Notes under the pieces: generated by a model
What the model was told of the DNA's origin: nothing
The model's input: the letters and a program-made list of their open reading frames with translations, nothing else
Databases searched by the model: none
Source of the DNA: Eledone cirrhosa
Taxonomy: Eukaryota
Direction: 5' to 3'
Assembly: GCA_964016885.1 (NCBI GenBank)
Contig: OZ024740.1
Location: 406,224,001 to 406,288,000 of the forward strand
DNA length: 64,000 nt
Shown here: positions 24,634 to 36,060 of the stretch, one piece after another
Numbering within the stretch: position 1 is the first letter of the stretch
Layout: the number at the start of each line of letters is the position of its first letter
Position numbers and translations under genes: made by a program

Positions 24634-25464
24634 TTAGTTTCCCAGAGTTTTTTCAGTTTCTTTATTGTCAGTTGTTGTGGGTACAGTGTTTTCAGACCAG
24701 CTGGTGTCTCTTTTCCATGATTCGCCAGCCTTAACAAACTTCCATATCTGCCCATCATCTCGTAGGCTGAAGCTTTCATGTTCTGCCGAGCTGCGGTTTA
24801 AGGAAGCTGCAGCACGCAACTTTGGGCAGACATCAGGTGGAAGACCAGGGTGTGTTCAGAAAGCAATCCGACTTTCACGCCTAGCTTTATCAGAGGCTAC
24901 AAGGTATGAACGTGCCTCAGTTGAGTTTGAAAACGACAGTCTAATTAACCTGGGTTTCGGGCCTGGTCGGCCAAGGCGTAGAGCACCCTTTGCGGGAGCA
25001 CAGCCCAGGTCTTTGGATGAACTGGCAGCAAATGCCTGAAGATCAACTATGTTTTCTGGTACACCAATGGCAATCACTTCGTGGTTTGCAGATTCAGTGG
25101 CATTCTCAATGCGTCTAGGTTCAACATGAGGTACGCGGAGATTTTTTAACAAGGCACTCCGGTAAGATCCCTCATTGTGGGGTTCTACACGAACGCTTGA
25201 TTTTATTTCCGCTATTTCTTGGCTTAAAGCGGAAATCATTTGCCATATTTCCTCAAACTCCGTATTGACGGTCGGTTTTTGTTGTTGTTCTTCTCCTTCA
25301 ACAGGCATGGTAGAAGACACAGTCGTCGGTTGTTGTTGTTGAAAAGTAACGGGTGAGGAAGACATGGGTTGCTGTTGTTGATGAAGTCCTTCAACGGGGG
25401 TAGTAGCAGAAGCTATGGTCATTGGTTTTTGCTGTTGTTCAGGAACAATGGTAGAGGAAGACAT
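24634..25464 (-). pseudogene. CR1 ORF1 (Gln-rich repeats, coiled coil, degenerate RRM-like region), one in-frame stop
   Basis: ORFs 24856-25464 and 24634-24819 are in the same frame, separated by TGA at 24856. Motifs VIAIGVPE and RLGRPGPKPRLIRLSF are typical of LINE ORF1. Confidence 0.8.
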
Positions 25465-25640
25465 GATGTAGTGTTTGTTCTGACTCTTTACATTCTGAAT
25501 TCAAATCCTGCTGAGGTCAATTTTAACTTTCATCCATCTGGTGTTGATAAAGTAATATACCAGTCAAATACTGGAGTTGATACAATCAACTTTGCCCTTC
25601 CCCCACATTTGCTGACCTTGTGCCTAAATTAAAAATCGCT
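25465..25640 (+). mobile_element. SINE family A, 3' portion (5' portion at about 21672-21692)
   Basis: CTGAATTCAAATCC B-box, core and tail present; the head TTAGCATAGATAAAATG lies on the other side of the CR1. Confidence 0.75.
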
Positions 25641-25884
25641 ATAGTTAAAAGAACCATAAGATAAGTTTCTGAAAACATTTGGTATATATGTATATCTTGT
25701 AATTACTAAAACTAACATATTATTGGTTTAAAAAACTATACGCAAGAATAAATATTATTGCATACATATATTTCTTAATATTTACATAAACATTTTCTTA
25801 CATGTAACTAAAAAAATATGTGTATAAATTTTGTTCATGTTTTGCAGCACTCAGATATCAATTTTAACATATGTAGCTATTATA

Positions 25885-26133
25885 TTAACTCTCTTGGTAC
25901 CAGACTGCCTGAAACCTTCCTCACTTGTAGGTTTTAAAATGTATATATTTATCTAAAAACATACCATCACAATTTTATAAAAGAACCTTTGTTAAGTTAT
26001 GTTCCAAACACTAACTTAATAATAAGAAAGTTAGTTACATTACTAAATCCCTCCAAATTCTTGATTATTTTCAAAATTATTTGAAAATCATAAACAGTGT
26101 CTTTTATTAGAAATATGGTAAAGAAAGAATTAA
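25885..26133. mobile_element. MITE family P2, uninterrupted
   Basis: TTAA-CTCTCTTGGTACCA...TGGTAAAGAAAGAA-TTAA; about 250 bp; body AAGAACCTTTGTTAAGTTATGTTCCAAACAC shared with other copies. Confidence 0.8.
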
Positions 26134-26457
26134 GTAAGTTTTGCTATTTCAGCTATAGTTCAACATTTTAATCATAGTTACTGTAAGCCTGTAATGTATA
26201 TTTTAAGTTATAATAGTGTTAATACAAACAATATGAAGAACAGCTACATAGAGTAGATTAAAATTAAGTACTAAAGAATTAAGGATTTAACTTCTTTGGC
26301 GATCATTTACAAATTACTGAAATAACAGTTAAATAGCTAAGGGAAAAGCAGCCCATGTACTTTACTCAAGTTGCCAAATTAATTATTCATCATAAATTAA
26401 TAATTTCTATGGTACAGGAAATCAAGTGTCTATCCCAGATACACATCAGAAAACATA

Positions 26458-26738
26458 TCAATTGTAGTGGGCTGCTTGGAGTTCATGAGGCACTCAATTT
26501 ACAAAGCTCTGATTGAGTTTGGAATCACTAGTGCAGCAAAGATGAAGAGGGAATATATTTCAGCACTGAAGTCACTAGGTAACTTTGAATAAAGAAGGCT
26601 CATGACTTGTTGTATTTGAGATGTTTGATCAATCCTGGCTGGGTTAACTGTGATCTACTGTTGAAAGATCCCCAAACCCCTTTGATGCCAGGAACATCAG
26701 TGATTATCTGTTCCAGTGCACCCAAGAGATGTATCTTG
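26458..26738 (+). mobile_element. HERO-like (R2-group, restriction-like endonuclease) non-LTR retrotransposon 3' relic
   Basis: SIVVGCLEFMRHSIYKALIEFGITSAAK, then VTR*L*IKKA after a frameshift. This matches the recalled HERO C-terminus P-I-E-V-G-C-R-G-F...L-G-I-T-G...R-W-L-W-I-K-R. The 3'UTR TGATCAATCCTGGCTGGGT...TGTTGAAAGATCCC also fits. Confidence 0.7.
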
Positions 26739-27509
26739 CAACCTAACTCATCACACATGATCAGATAGTTCAACAGATATTCACAAAACTGTTTCCCATT
26801 TATTCAGCTCTTAGATTATATTTTAACAGCTGTCAGACCCCTACTCTACATAAGATATGCTAAACACTTGTTGTGTCTAATATGTCACAACTCAACATCC
26901 AAACAGCATCCCACTCCACCCACTCTGAGTTGATATTTATAGTTTCATAGATAATATACTCTACTATATTAAATATACATTTTCCATACTGGCAGAATGT
27001 CACAAATGTGTAAGACAGAGATATAGTTGATTGAATCAACTCCAGGATATTATTTTACAAGACCAAAGAGATGAAATACAAGCAAGATTTCATCTCAAAA
27101 GAGACATAGATAAATATTGTAAGATATTTAATCCAGCACACCACCACTTTTGTCTTTCTACTGCAATTTAATATGTTAAATATTAAAACTATCTCTAACC
27201 TTCTTCTAGATGTCAAACTTTCATTATATTTTCCTAACATGTAGCAATTTCAAACAATTATTCCAAACTAGCATTTGTAGCTAGGACTAGATTTTGACAT
27301 AAGGTAAAACAAGCACAGCTTAGTGGTTCACAATCTAAAATGATTTTTCGAAATTTGTTTGTGCATGCATGTCTGTCACAAGGGATCTTGCATTGATTTT
27401 GATGTGTTCCAGTTGTTCAATCGATTTATTTACATATATCTACATCCCCAATTTCCCCAAGCATCTTCCCTACTCCTCCCAAGTTTCCAACCTCCTCTAG
27501 AAAGTGATC

Positions 27510-27870
27510 CCCCATGGAGCCACATCAAAAGAGCCCAGCCCACATTATAGTGGTTATGTAGGTGACATGGAAAAAGCAAAACCCAGTCTATACTGTAAAG
27601 TGGTATGTAGGTGTCACGACTAAAAGCTCCCAGTCCATAGTGTAAAGAGGTCATGTAGGTGTCACGACAAAAAGCTCCCGGTCCACACTGTAAAGTGGTT
27701 GTGTAGACGACACAGCAAAAAGCACACAGTAAATGAGCTGCAGAAACCAAGCCAAAATCAGTTCTGTGTCAGAAAATTCATGGTCCCCCAACCTGATCCC
27801 TCACAAAGGGACAGCCCATCCTACCCATGCCAACGTGGAAGATGGATATTAAACGATGATGATGATGATG
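27510..27870 (+). mobile_element. RTE 3'UTR-only copy with expanded ~47-bp tandem array
   Basis: 4-5 units of AAAAGCWCCCAGTCCACACTGTAAAGTGGT...GTAGGTGTCACG, then CCATGCCAACGTGG and (GAT)n. Confidence 0.8.
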
Positions 27871-28530
27871 AGTCATTGAAATTCCACAAACACTTGTACT
27901 CTTAAAGAAATCCTCAAGTAAAATCAACAAGCTTCCATGCAGTTTCTGTCAACTAATTTTCACTTACATGGGATGGATGAAGCCAAAGTTTTGCTAGAAG
28001 ACTCTTTCACCTCAAGGTACAACCCTATCTGATGGAGCCTAGAACCTCATAACTGTGAAGCTACTTTATTAATCAGTCTGCCATGATTGTGTTTGTACAT
28101 ACATCTTCTTCCTGGTTGAACCCCACTATTTGGGTTTTGGGTGCCATTAGCAGAGTTCACTGTCATGCAAGCATTAAGGCTAGACCTTCAATTTATCCCT
28201 TCCTCCTGTCTTGGAAGTCCTGTCAAGAATAAAAGGCCATGAATTGGCCTTTCTTACACAACCAAGTCGTTAAAAAAATATCAATATGCTTTTCTTTTTA
28301 GAAAAAGTAAGAATTAATGAAAACGTCAATGCAGCAAAAAAAAAAAAAAAAAAAAAAATCTGAAGTTTAAAGTATCTTGAACCTCACAGAGGAGATGACA
28401 AATGGACATGTGATGATAGTGGAGGCAATGGTGTTGCTGATAATGATAATAATGTTAATAACGATGGTGATGGTACTTGCATATCCATATAAGTGTGATT
28501 ATATGTGTAGGAAAGAAGAAGAAGACTTAC

Positions 28531-28601
28531 TTTTCAGTTTTTATATTCTCTGTGCTCTTATTAGAAACACATCCTCCAAAAACATTGCGGAGCACAGACA
28601 T
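28531..28601 (-). CDS. candidate first coding segment MSVLRNVFGGCVSNKSTENIKTE (phase 2), product unknown
   Basis: ATG in good context (CAAACCATG); frame is open to the consensus donor site. Confidence 0.5.
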
Positions 28602-28862
28602 GGTTTGCTACCATTGGCTAGCAGGACCTATTTGTAGCCTGCATTAGTCCACCTGAGTTAGCAATGCTGACAACACCTCAGGTGGTGAAAGAAAGAAGAC
28701 CAATTCATATTTATAGATATTTCTGCAGAAGCTGAGTATGGGCTAATAATTCTGGAGTTTGTTGGAGATCAGCAGTTGTGGAAGAACATGTAGCAATAGA
28801 AACAGCAGCGTTGAGTAGTGTCATTGACATTATCATTGGATGAACCATAGCAATTCGGCAGC
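28531..28862 (-). other. candidate host-gene exon (5'UTR plus start codon)
   Basis: Acceptor TTTTTCTTTATATTTCTTTCTGACAG|G at 28863/28862 and donor AAA|GTAAGT at 28531/28530. Non-repetitive, with higher GC than the flanks. Confidence 0.6.
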
Positions 28863-31388
28863 CTGTCAGAAAGAAATATAAAGAAAAAATGGTTATAATT
28901 AAAAATATATTAAGCATTTCATGATAATTATAAGAAGGGAAGAAAGAAATAGAGAAAAAATTTAAGTAAAAGTGAAATCAAACTGGAAGACAAGAGAAGA
29001 TGGAATTTCACCAAGTTGATTCAAGTTATGAAAAAATTGGGTGTATTTGTTTCAAGGGCAGTTGAGATGACAGTTTAATACTCAGACAAGTTTGATAGTT
29101 CACTGTTCTGAGTTCAAATTTCATTAGCTAATTTTCAGATAGATGAATTTATTCTGGTATATCATTGGTACTTCATTTATATACCATATGTAACTGGTTT
29201 AGAATAGTTACATCTTATCCCTGCGTGACATACAAAGGAACTAAAAGAGTTGGTATCAGAAGGGCATCTGGCTGTAAAACATTGCTTCAAAAAGCCCTTG
29301 CTAATCCATGCTATCATGAAAAGGCTGTGATGATAATACTGATGATGATGATGTTATGCCCTTCTGTCAAACTTAATCCATGTATCTTGTGAATGAAATC
29401 TCTATTGAATCACCAGCACAGATATCCCATTGCTTGACATTGTGTAATGAATAATATCCATCAATTGTGGTGATTAGCTTTATATATTTCAATGGCATGC
29501 AAAAGATGTAAATTTTTGTTAGTGATAATATTTTTGCTTTTCTTCAGAACATTTATGATGCAAGGAAGTGAAATAACTGCTAGGAATTGAAACCAGGTCA
29601 TGAATTAGAGTCAGATATTTTTATCCATAAAGTGGTGATGCAAACCATCTCTTTCAGAAAAAATATTGGCATGTGTTATCAATATGTGTGTATTTGAAAA
29701 AGTCTTTACATAAAAAGTAAGAAAACCAATGAAAATTTATTAATGACGATAAATTATCTTCAAAATACTGATTTATTACATAGACAGAAAATGTTTCTGT
29801 TTAAGACTGAATCAACCCAGTATATTATAAATTAGAACCTGAAACATTGAAGTACAATAGTATAAGATAGGGGTGATGAAACTATGACATACATTCCTGA
29901 AGTGGTATGCAGGAGATGGACATTTTTGTTAGTGATAATAGTAAAAATTTTAAAAAGTATCCACAACTTTTAATCAACTGTCACCCAAGAATAGATGCAT
30001 GGTCCTAGTAATATACTGCTTTGAAAAAAAAATTTTTTTTGTGACCATTTGGTCAAGATGGCAGTATGTCTATTACTATTCTCTGTAATTAACACTATAT
30101 CATTAAAGACACTAAACAGACTTCGTTAAGAATGCTTTTAAACATTTTGTTCTCTTTAGCCATAAATAATTTGTAAAATATAAATATAATAAAAGTGATA
30201 ATCAGTTGCTCAAAAATTGCCATTAGAAAATATACAACACAAGTAAATGAAAAACACCTCTACACAACTCCAAAAAATCTTCAACTTATACCCTACTTAA
30301 GAGAAGAAAGACAGGCTAATATAACCTTCAATATACAAGATGGGATGACCACAGCAGGAATTCCATTGATCATAGGTTTGTTTAGGCTTAAAAACAATGC
30401 ACCATAATGATAATATTTCATGATTTTGCACATCACCATTTTGCTTTTGTTTCAACAGATTAATGTTTTATTTTACATCTATCCGGAGTCAGGTCAGTGT
30501 CAGTGGGATATCAGAGTTGATTCATCTCAACCATGCCTCTGCTTTTTACAAACTGACCTAATAACTGAAAAAAAGTGTTTCATGTCTATATACTGTGAGT
30601 GCTCCTGACATGCATCAGAAAATATCTTCAATAACTCAGTCACGCTATTTATATGTTATCAACAGTAAATCCATTGTGCAAATCATACTTCCTGTCCACT
30701 CACAGAATGTTCTTAAAGCCAATTCATTCAGCCCAACAAACAGTGTGGGAGGGAAGTGTTAACTGAAAGAATATGAGTCACCATTAGTTATTTCCCAATA
30801 ACTTGTCATCCACTTGTCAGGAAGTGTCCTTACTTATATATAAACAGAAAAAAATACATAGTAGACCCCTGGATTCTCTATTTCCTGGAGAATAAGATAA
30901 CTATTTAAAAAACAGCATTTAAAGTGGAGTAAGTATGTCATGAGAAAAACAGATTAAAGTAAATAAGAAATAGTACAGTATTATAAACACAGCAGTAGTT
31001 CTTGACATCTCATACAATGAGAACATTGTCGTCATATGATTGCATCATTCTGGTACCAAAGCCAGTTATAAATAAAGAAATCTCATAAAAATATTGAGCA
31101 TTAGCTTTCCATTCAAGAAAGTTAAGAGTATTGTTATAAAGTTGACACAGTCCAATTTATAAAATAGATCAACTTATTTTATAAGATTTCAATCTTCAAG
31201 TAGATCACTTAACGATTGTTGACATCCAACTGAAAGTTAATAGCTTTATCATTTGGGTTTGTATCATAACCCTTTTGGTACCAACCAGCACTCAACTGCT
31301 TGGTTCCATGAAACAAACCCTATCAATTTTAAAGGGTTTCAACTTAGTTTATATCCAAGTATATATAGTAAGCTGAGAAATATATAAC

Positions 31389-31480
31389 AAAGAAAAAAAA
31401 AAAGAAAAAGAAAAAGAAAAAGAAAAAGAAAAAGAAAAAGAAAAAGAAAAAGAAAAAGAAAAAGAAAAAGAAAAAGAAAA
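31389..31480. repeat. (GAAAAA)n hexamer microsatellite
   Basis: Directly visible. Confidence 0.95.
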
Positions 31481-32530
31481 TCGATGGTAAAATGTGGGAT
31501 GTCATATTTGAGGTCAATATTTTCACCAACTTCAATAAATAAGGTATTAAAATATCTGGAGTGATTATTTTACTATTGAAACACTGTCTACATTTACTAC
31601 ATTGTTAGGAATGTTATTTATGCCTTTCCTTGAAAATATGTCCAACAAATTTTTATAATTTGAACTTTTTAATACATAAATATCTACCACCCCCCTCACA
31701 CACACACACAGAATATGCACATGCACACTGACTGTTTCTCTGGCAATATTTTTCTTTCAATTTTACATAGGATTGAAATCTTATTTCTGACTAGTGTTTT
31801 ATCTCTCTCCCGTCTCTCACTCTCTTTTTCTTGCTTAGTCTCTCCTCTCTTTCACTTGCTGTCTCTCTCTCCCACTATATGAATCCCTATACAAAGTTCT
31901 CTCAGTTGATCTCTTGCTTTCAACTACTCCAAGCTGTGAATGATAGGAAAAATTTGAGAAACTTGTTGAAACTTAATAAAATGGATGAAATGGTGAAAAG
32001 CATTACGAAATGGAGTCATCAAACAAAAATTATATTCTAAACAACACTTAAAATATTTTAAACAACAAAATATTAAAACTTCACAAATATATTTTATACT
32101 CATGAGAATTTCAAAACTACACCATCTAAACATGTGTTGATTAACTGCCTCAGATTATAAACAGGGCTTGAACTTTGCCTATTTCTCAGACATAAAATAG
32201 GGGTAAATTCTTCCAACATAATTTTATAGAAGAACCTTTGTTAAGTTATCTTACAAATATCATCTTAGTAATGAAATAATAAATAATTTTAGTAAATATG
32301 TCCAAATTCTTTATTAATCAATTCAAATAGAGTGTATTCCATTAGAAATATGCTAGCAAAAAGATTAAATTCCATACCTTACAGCTGATGCTGAAAAAAA
32401 CACTACTGAGTGTTAAAAGAAAAAAAAAATTTAAATGAAGCACAGCTCTAAGTATTAATTAAACAGACTGACAAAATTACATAAATTCAAACATTAACTT
32501 AAACTCAAATCATCCTATAAAAGAGTTTTT

Positions 32531-32534
<4 letters not shown>

Positions 32535-32567
<33 letters not shown>

Positions 32568-32665
32568 TGTGGTGTGGTGTGGTGTGGTGTGGTGTGGTGT
32601 GGTGTGGTGTGGTGTGGTGTGGTGTGGTGTGGTGTGGTGTGGTGTGTGTGTGTGTGTGTGTGTGC
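32535..32665. repeat. compound microsatellite (GT)n-(GTGTG)n-(GT)n
   Basis: Directly visible. Confidence 0.95.
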
Positions 32666-34590
32666 ATATATGAATGTATGTATATGTATGTATGTATAAA
32701 TTGAAAAGCCTATTTAAAATAATACTAATTGGGCATGTAGGAAATTTCATTAATTTTTATTTTAGAAGCTATCAAATCAGGGGTCAAGAGATAAAGTCAT
32801 GTTGTACCCTTTCCTTAAATGTCAGCTGATGCCTCATCAAATAAATGGCTTACTAAAAAGAAAACACACGCACACACACAGAGTATGAGAGAGGGGGTTG
32901 GCAGATAGAAGAAGTTATGTAAAGTTGGCATCACATTCATAACGAACAACAACAAAAAAAATGTATACTATACTATATGTTTGCAATGAAACAGAGTAAT
33001 TCTTGAAAAGAAGGGGAGGAAACAGAGATGATTATCCTTCTTAGCTATGTTAGTTATGGTAGCAATTGTAAGGAGCAGCAGGGGAGAGGACTAAAAAAGA
33101 AAATGCCCTTGTCTAGTGGAATGTACAACTGGTTGCAGAATTTATGATCTAAAAATGTGTCCTTGCCAGAGTAGTGTAAGAACAACCTCCACTGAAATAT
33201 CACTGACAAGAAGTTCTTCACCGACACACAGACACATACACTTTACTTTTCACTAACATACAGGACTTATCTATTTTACCTACTTTATATATTTACAACT
33301 AAATACTTCTATTTACTGCTAAGTTATATTTCAGTTAGACAGTTATTCAAAGTTTAAAATAAAATACAATGAATAAATAAATAAGGAAAACGTCATTTCT
33401 AGGACTTGTAGAAGAAAATACTATCTAGTGTACATACACAACCTTCAACAATAACACACTAAGAGAAAAACATTCCCATAACTTATTACTCTGTTACACT
33501 ATATACTACTCAAAATAAGGCAGTTACTAAGTATTTACAGCTTATTGCAATCAACTTTCCTAGTTAACTCTTAACATCATTTAATGATATAGCAGAAAAC
33601 ATCTAAAAACAGGTTTGTCAATTCAAATGTTTATAATATATTTTCTAGTGGACTGATAGTTGTGAAAATTTGGATTATTAGGGTAAAGGCATTGATTTTT
33701 CATGTGATGCATTCATAAAGATTCTTTTTTTTTTTTTTTTCAGTTTTCAAAAATGTGCTGCTAATGTGGTTTCATGTGGTACATCATATAAAGAGCTAAA
33801 CAAATAGCTCATTCATGGGAACTTAACAAAGCAAGATGATATTTTCTAAGGAATTTTGATTTAAAATCAAGTGGAAAAAAAAAAAAAATAATAAAAAGCA
33901 AGAAAAAAAATGTGATTTCAAAAGAAATGAGAAAATATTGAGAAACTAATGAGATGGAAGCTAAAATTGATAATAAGCTGTTTATGAAATCTTCAAAAAC
34001 AATTCTATCATCCCTACACAGCTGTATATGATTCTAGTGGACATATGGCAACAATAGTGTTGAATGTATTTAATTTATGAAGTCCATGGTTGATATGTCG
34101 GATATGAACAATGATACACACTAGCAAATTTAAATTTTGATAAATGAGAAAAACCCTATAGTTTATGATTGCTGACATATGGAAGTGATCAAAGAATGGT
34201 ATTATTTACAGGGACAAAGATAGAGTTAATATCAGGTGACTGGAAAGTAAACATACTCTCTGCTTGAGTTTGCCGTAATTTCTTTTATCGATTAACTATT
34301 TATGCAATCCGCACCTGATGATGTCACCAGAGCCTTTGAAATATACAGTGATTTGGCAACAATAAAACTTTAAAAGGTCATCTCCAGTCCGGCCTCCTGT
34401 TGTTTTAATTAAATTAATATTTAACTCCGTTCCTGCACCAACCACAGGATTCAACATCAACGATGGATGAGTTGCATAATGTAGAGTGCTTTTCCTACTA
34501 TTACATCATCATTTAACGTCTATCTTCCACGCTAGCACGGGTTTAAATGGAATGACCAGTTCTATCCATTGGTGAATCACAAAACATAAA

Positions 34591-34639
<49 letters not shown>

Positions 34640-34895
34640 ATTAGTTAAACAACCGACATTAGTGTACACAGGATAGAGTACTATCCATAGACAGGTATGC
34701 CATTAACATAGTTCTCCGGGAGACTCAGCATTAAACATAGTGATAAGGTAGGCCCTTTGAATTACAGGTAGAACTCATTTTTATCAGCTCAGTGAACTGG
34801 AGCAACATGAAATAAGGTATCTTGCTCATGTACACAACATGCCACTGGGAATTGAAGTCATGACCTTACACTTGTAATCTGACTTCCCAGCATGC
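34640..34895 (-). mobile_element. tRNA-derived SINE family B variant
   Basis: AACTGGAGCAACATGAAATAAGGTATCTTGCTCA core; reverse complement resembles 58028-58286. Confidence 0.7.
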
Positions 34896-34943
34896 ACATA
34901 TACATGCATGAACACACACACACGTATGCATATACACATATAT

Positions 34944-35481
34944 AAAAATAGACGGTAGCCACAGAGTAGGCAGACCCAGAAAAACCTGGGACGACTTGAT
35001 AAATTCTGACCTCACACACTTACACCTCTCCAAGACAATGTCACTGGACCGAGATCTTTGGCGCTACACAGTCATACAGAAGACCCGCCTTGCCTAAGTA
35101 CAAAGCAAAACCTACAGTCAGTAGGCACCTCTAACAAAATACACCCCCTTCCCACTACCCTCACCCCATCCACACCACCCCTTAAATGTGAAGTTATGTT
35201 GGTACCACAACATCCAGTCCAAAACAAATGAGGTTGTGTAGGTGTCACGACAAAAAAACACACAGTCCACGCTGTAATGTGGCCGTGTAGGTAACATGGT
35301 AAAAACCTCCCAGTCCACACTGTAAACGTGGTTGGTGTTAGGAGGGGCATCCAGCCATAGAAAACTCACCAGACAGTCCTATACGAGCAGGACAACAACA
35401 AATCTTGCCTCAAGTGGGAAAACTCCCGTCCAAATCCATGCAAGCGTGGAAGATGGACGTTAAACGATGATGATGATGATA
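34944..35481 (+). mobile_element. RTE LINE subfamily B, 3' fragment
   Basis: KIDGSHRVGRPRKTWDDLINSDLTHLHLSKTMSLDRDLWR, 3'UTR and (GAT)n tail; reverse complement of 36022-36700. Confidence 0.92.
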
Positions 35482-36021
35482 AGTAGTAGATCTTTAGAGA
35501 AATACAAACAAAAGTTTGTAGTTTAAATATCTATTTTTAGAATTTCTCATCCATCTAGAGTTCTGAAGATGTAACAAGAAACATTAAAGAATATTCTGTA
35601 ATTACTAGAATTACAGAAGACAAGCAGTAGCCTGCTTCTGCAAGAGTCAATAAATATAAACAGAAAATGGATTGGGATACCATAAGGGATATTTCATATT
35701 CCTCCACTGTGTCAAAAACATGACAAACCTCCCACCCCACTAATGCTGGTGCCATGATAAAATGTACAGGGTAGAACGTGGGAACATATGTGAGATGCAG
35801 GCCTCCGACTCATCTGAACACTTAGTAGAGTGTGGGTACTTATATAAGCAAAATGCTGGTCCCCAGCCCATCTGAAAGGTCAGTAAATCCGCTTGAGTAC
35901 TAACTTGGTCTGTGATGTCCCATCAAGGAAGACAGATATTAAATGATGGGGGGGGGGGGGGTCATGACCCAATTTTTGATTATTTCTTCCAATCCTGATA
36001 GATTAACACACCATTGTTTAC

Positions 36022-36060
<39 letters not shown>

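Larger units (their letters stand above)
21693..25464 (-). mobile_element. CR1-clade LINE, 5'-truncated within ORF1, inserted into a SINE
   Basis: ORF1 plus APE-RT ORF2, short 3'UTR and (ATT)n tail at 21693-21728. Flanks join into a family A SINE; GACAT occurs at both junctions. Confidence 0.95.

Noticed and set aside
27525-27745. CRISPR-like periodic array
   Set aside because: Units are diverged tandem copies without unique spacers, are homologous to the RTE 3'UTR, and have no cas genes nearby; the context is eukaryotic.
30459-30492. 34-nt plus-strand exon with good splice sites
   Set aside because: No partner exons on the plus strand; compatible with chance.
31344-32750. Poly-Phe and HTTPH-repeat ORFs
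   Set aside because: Translations of (GAAAAA)n and (GTGTG)n microsatellites.
34305-34355. Hammerhead CTGATGA...GAAATATAC
   Set aside because: Stem II does not pair and the NUH site is absent; too weak to call.
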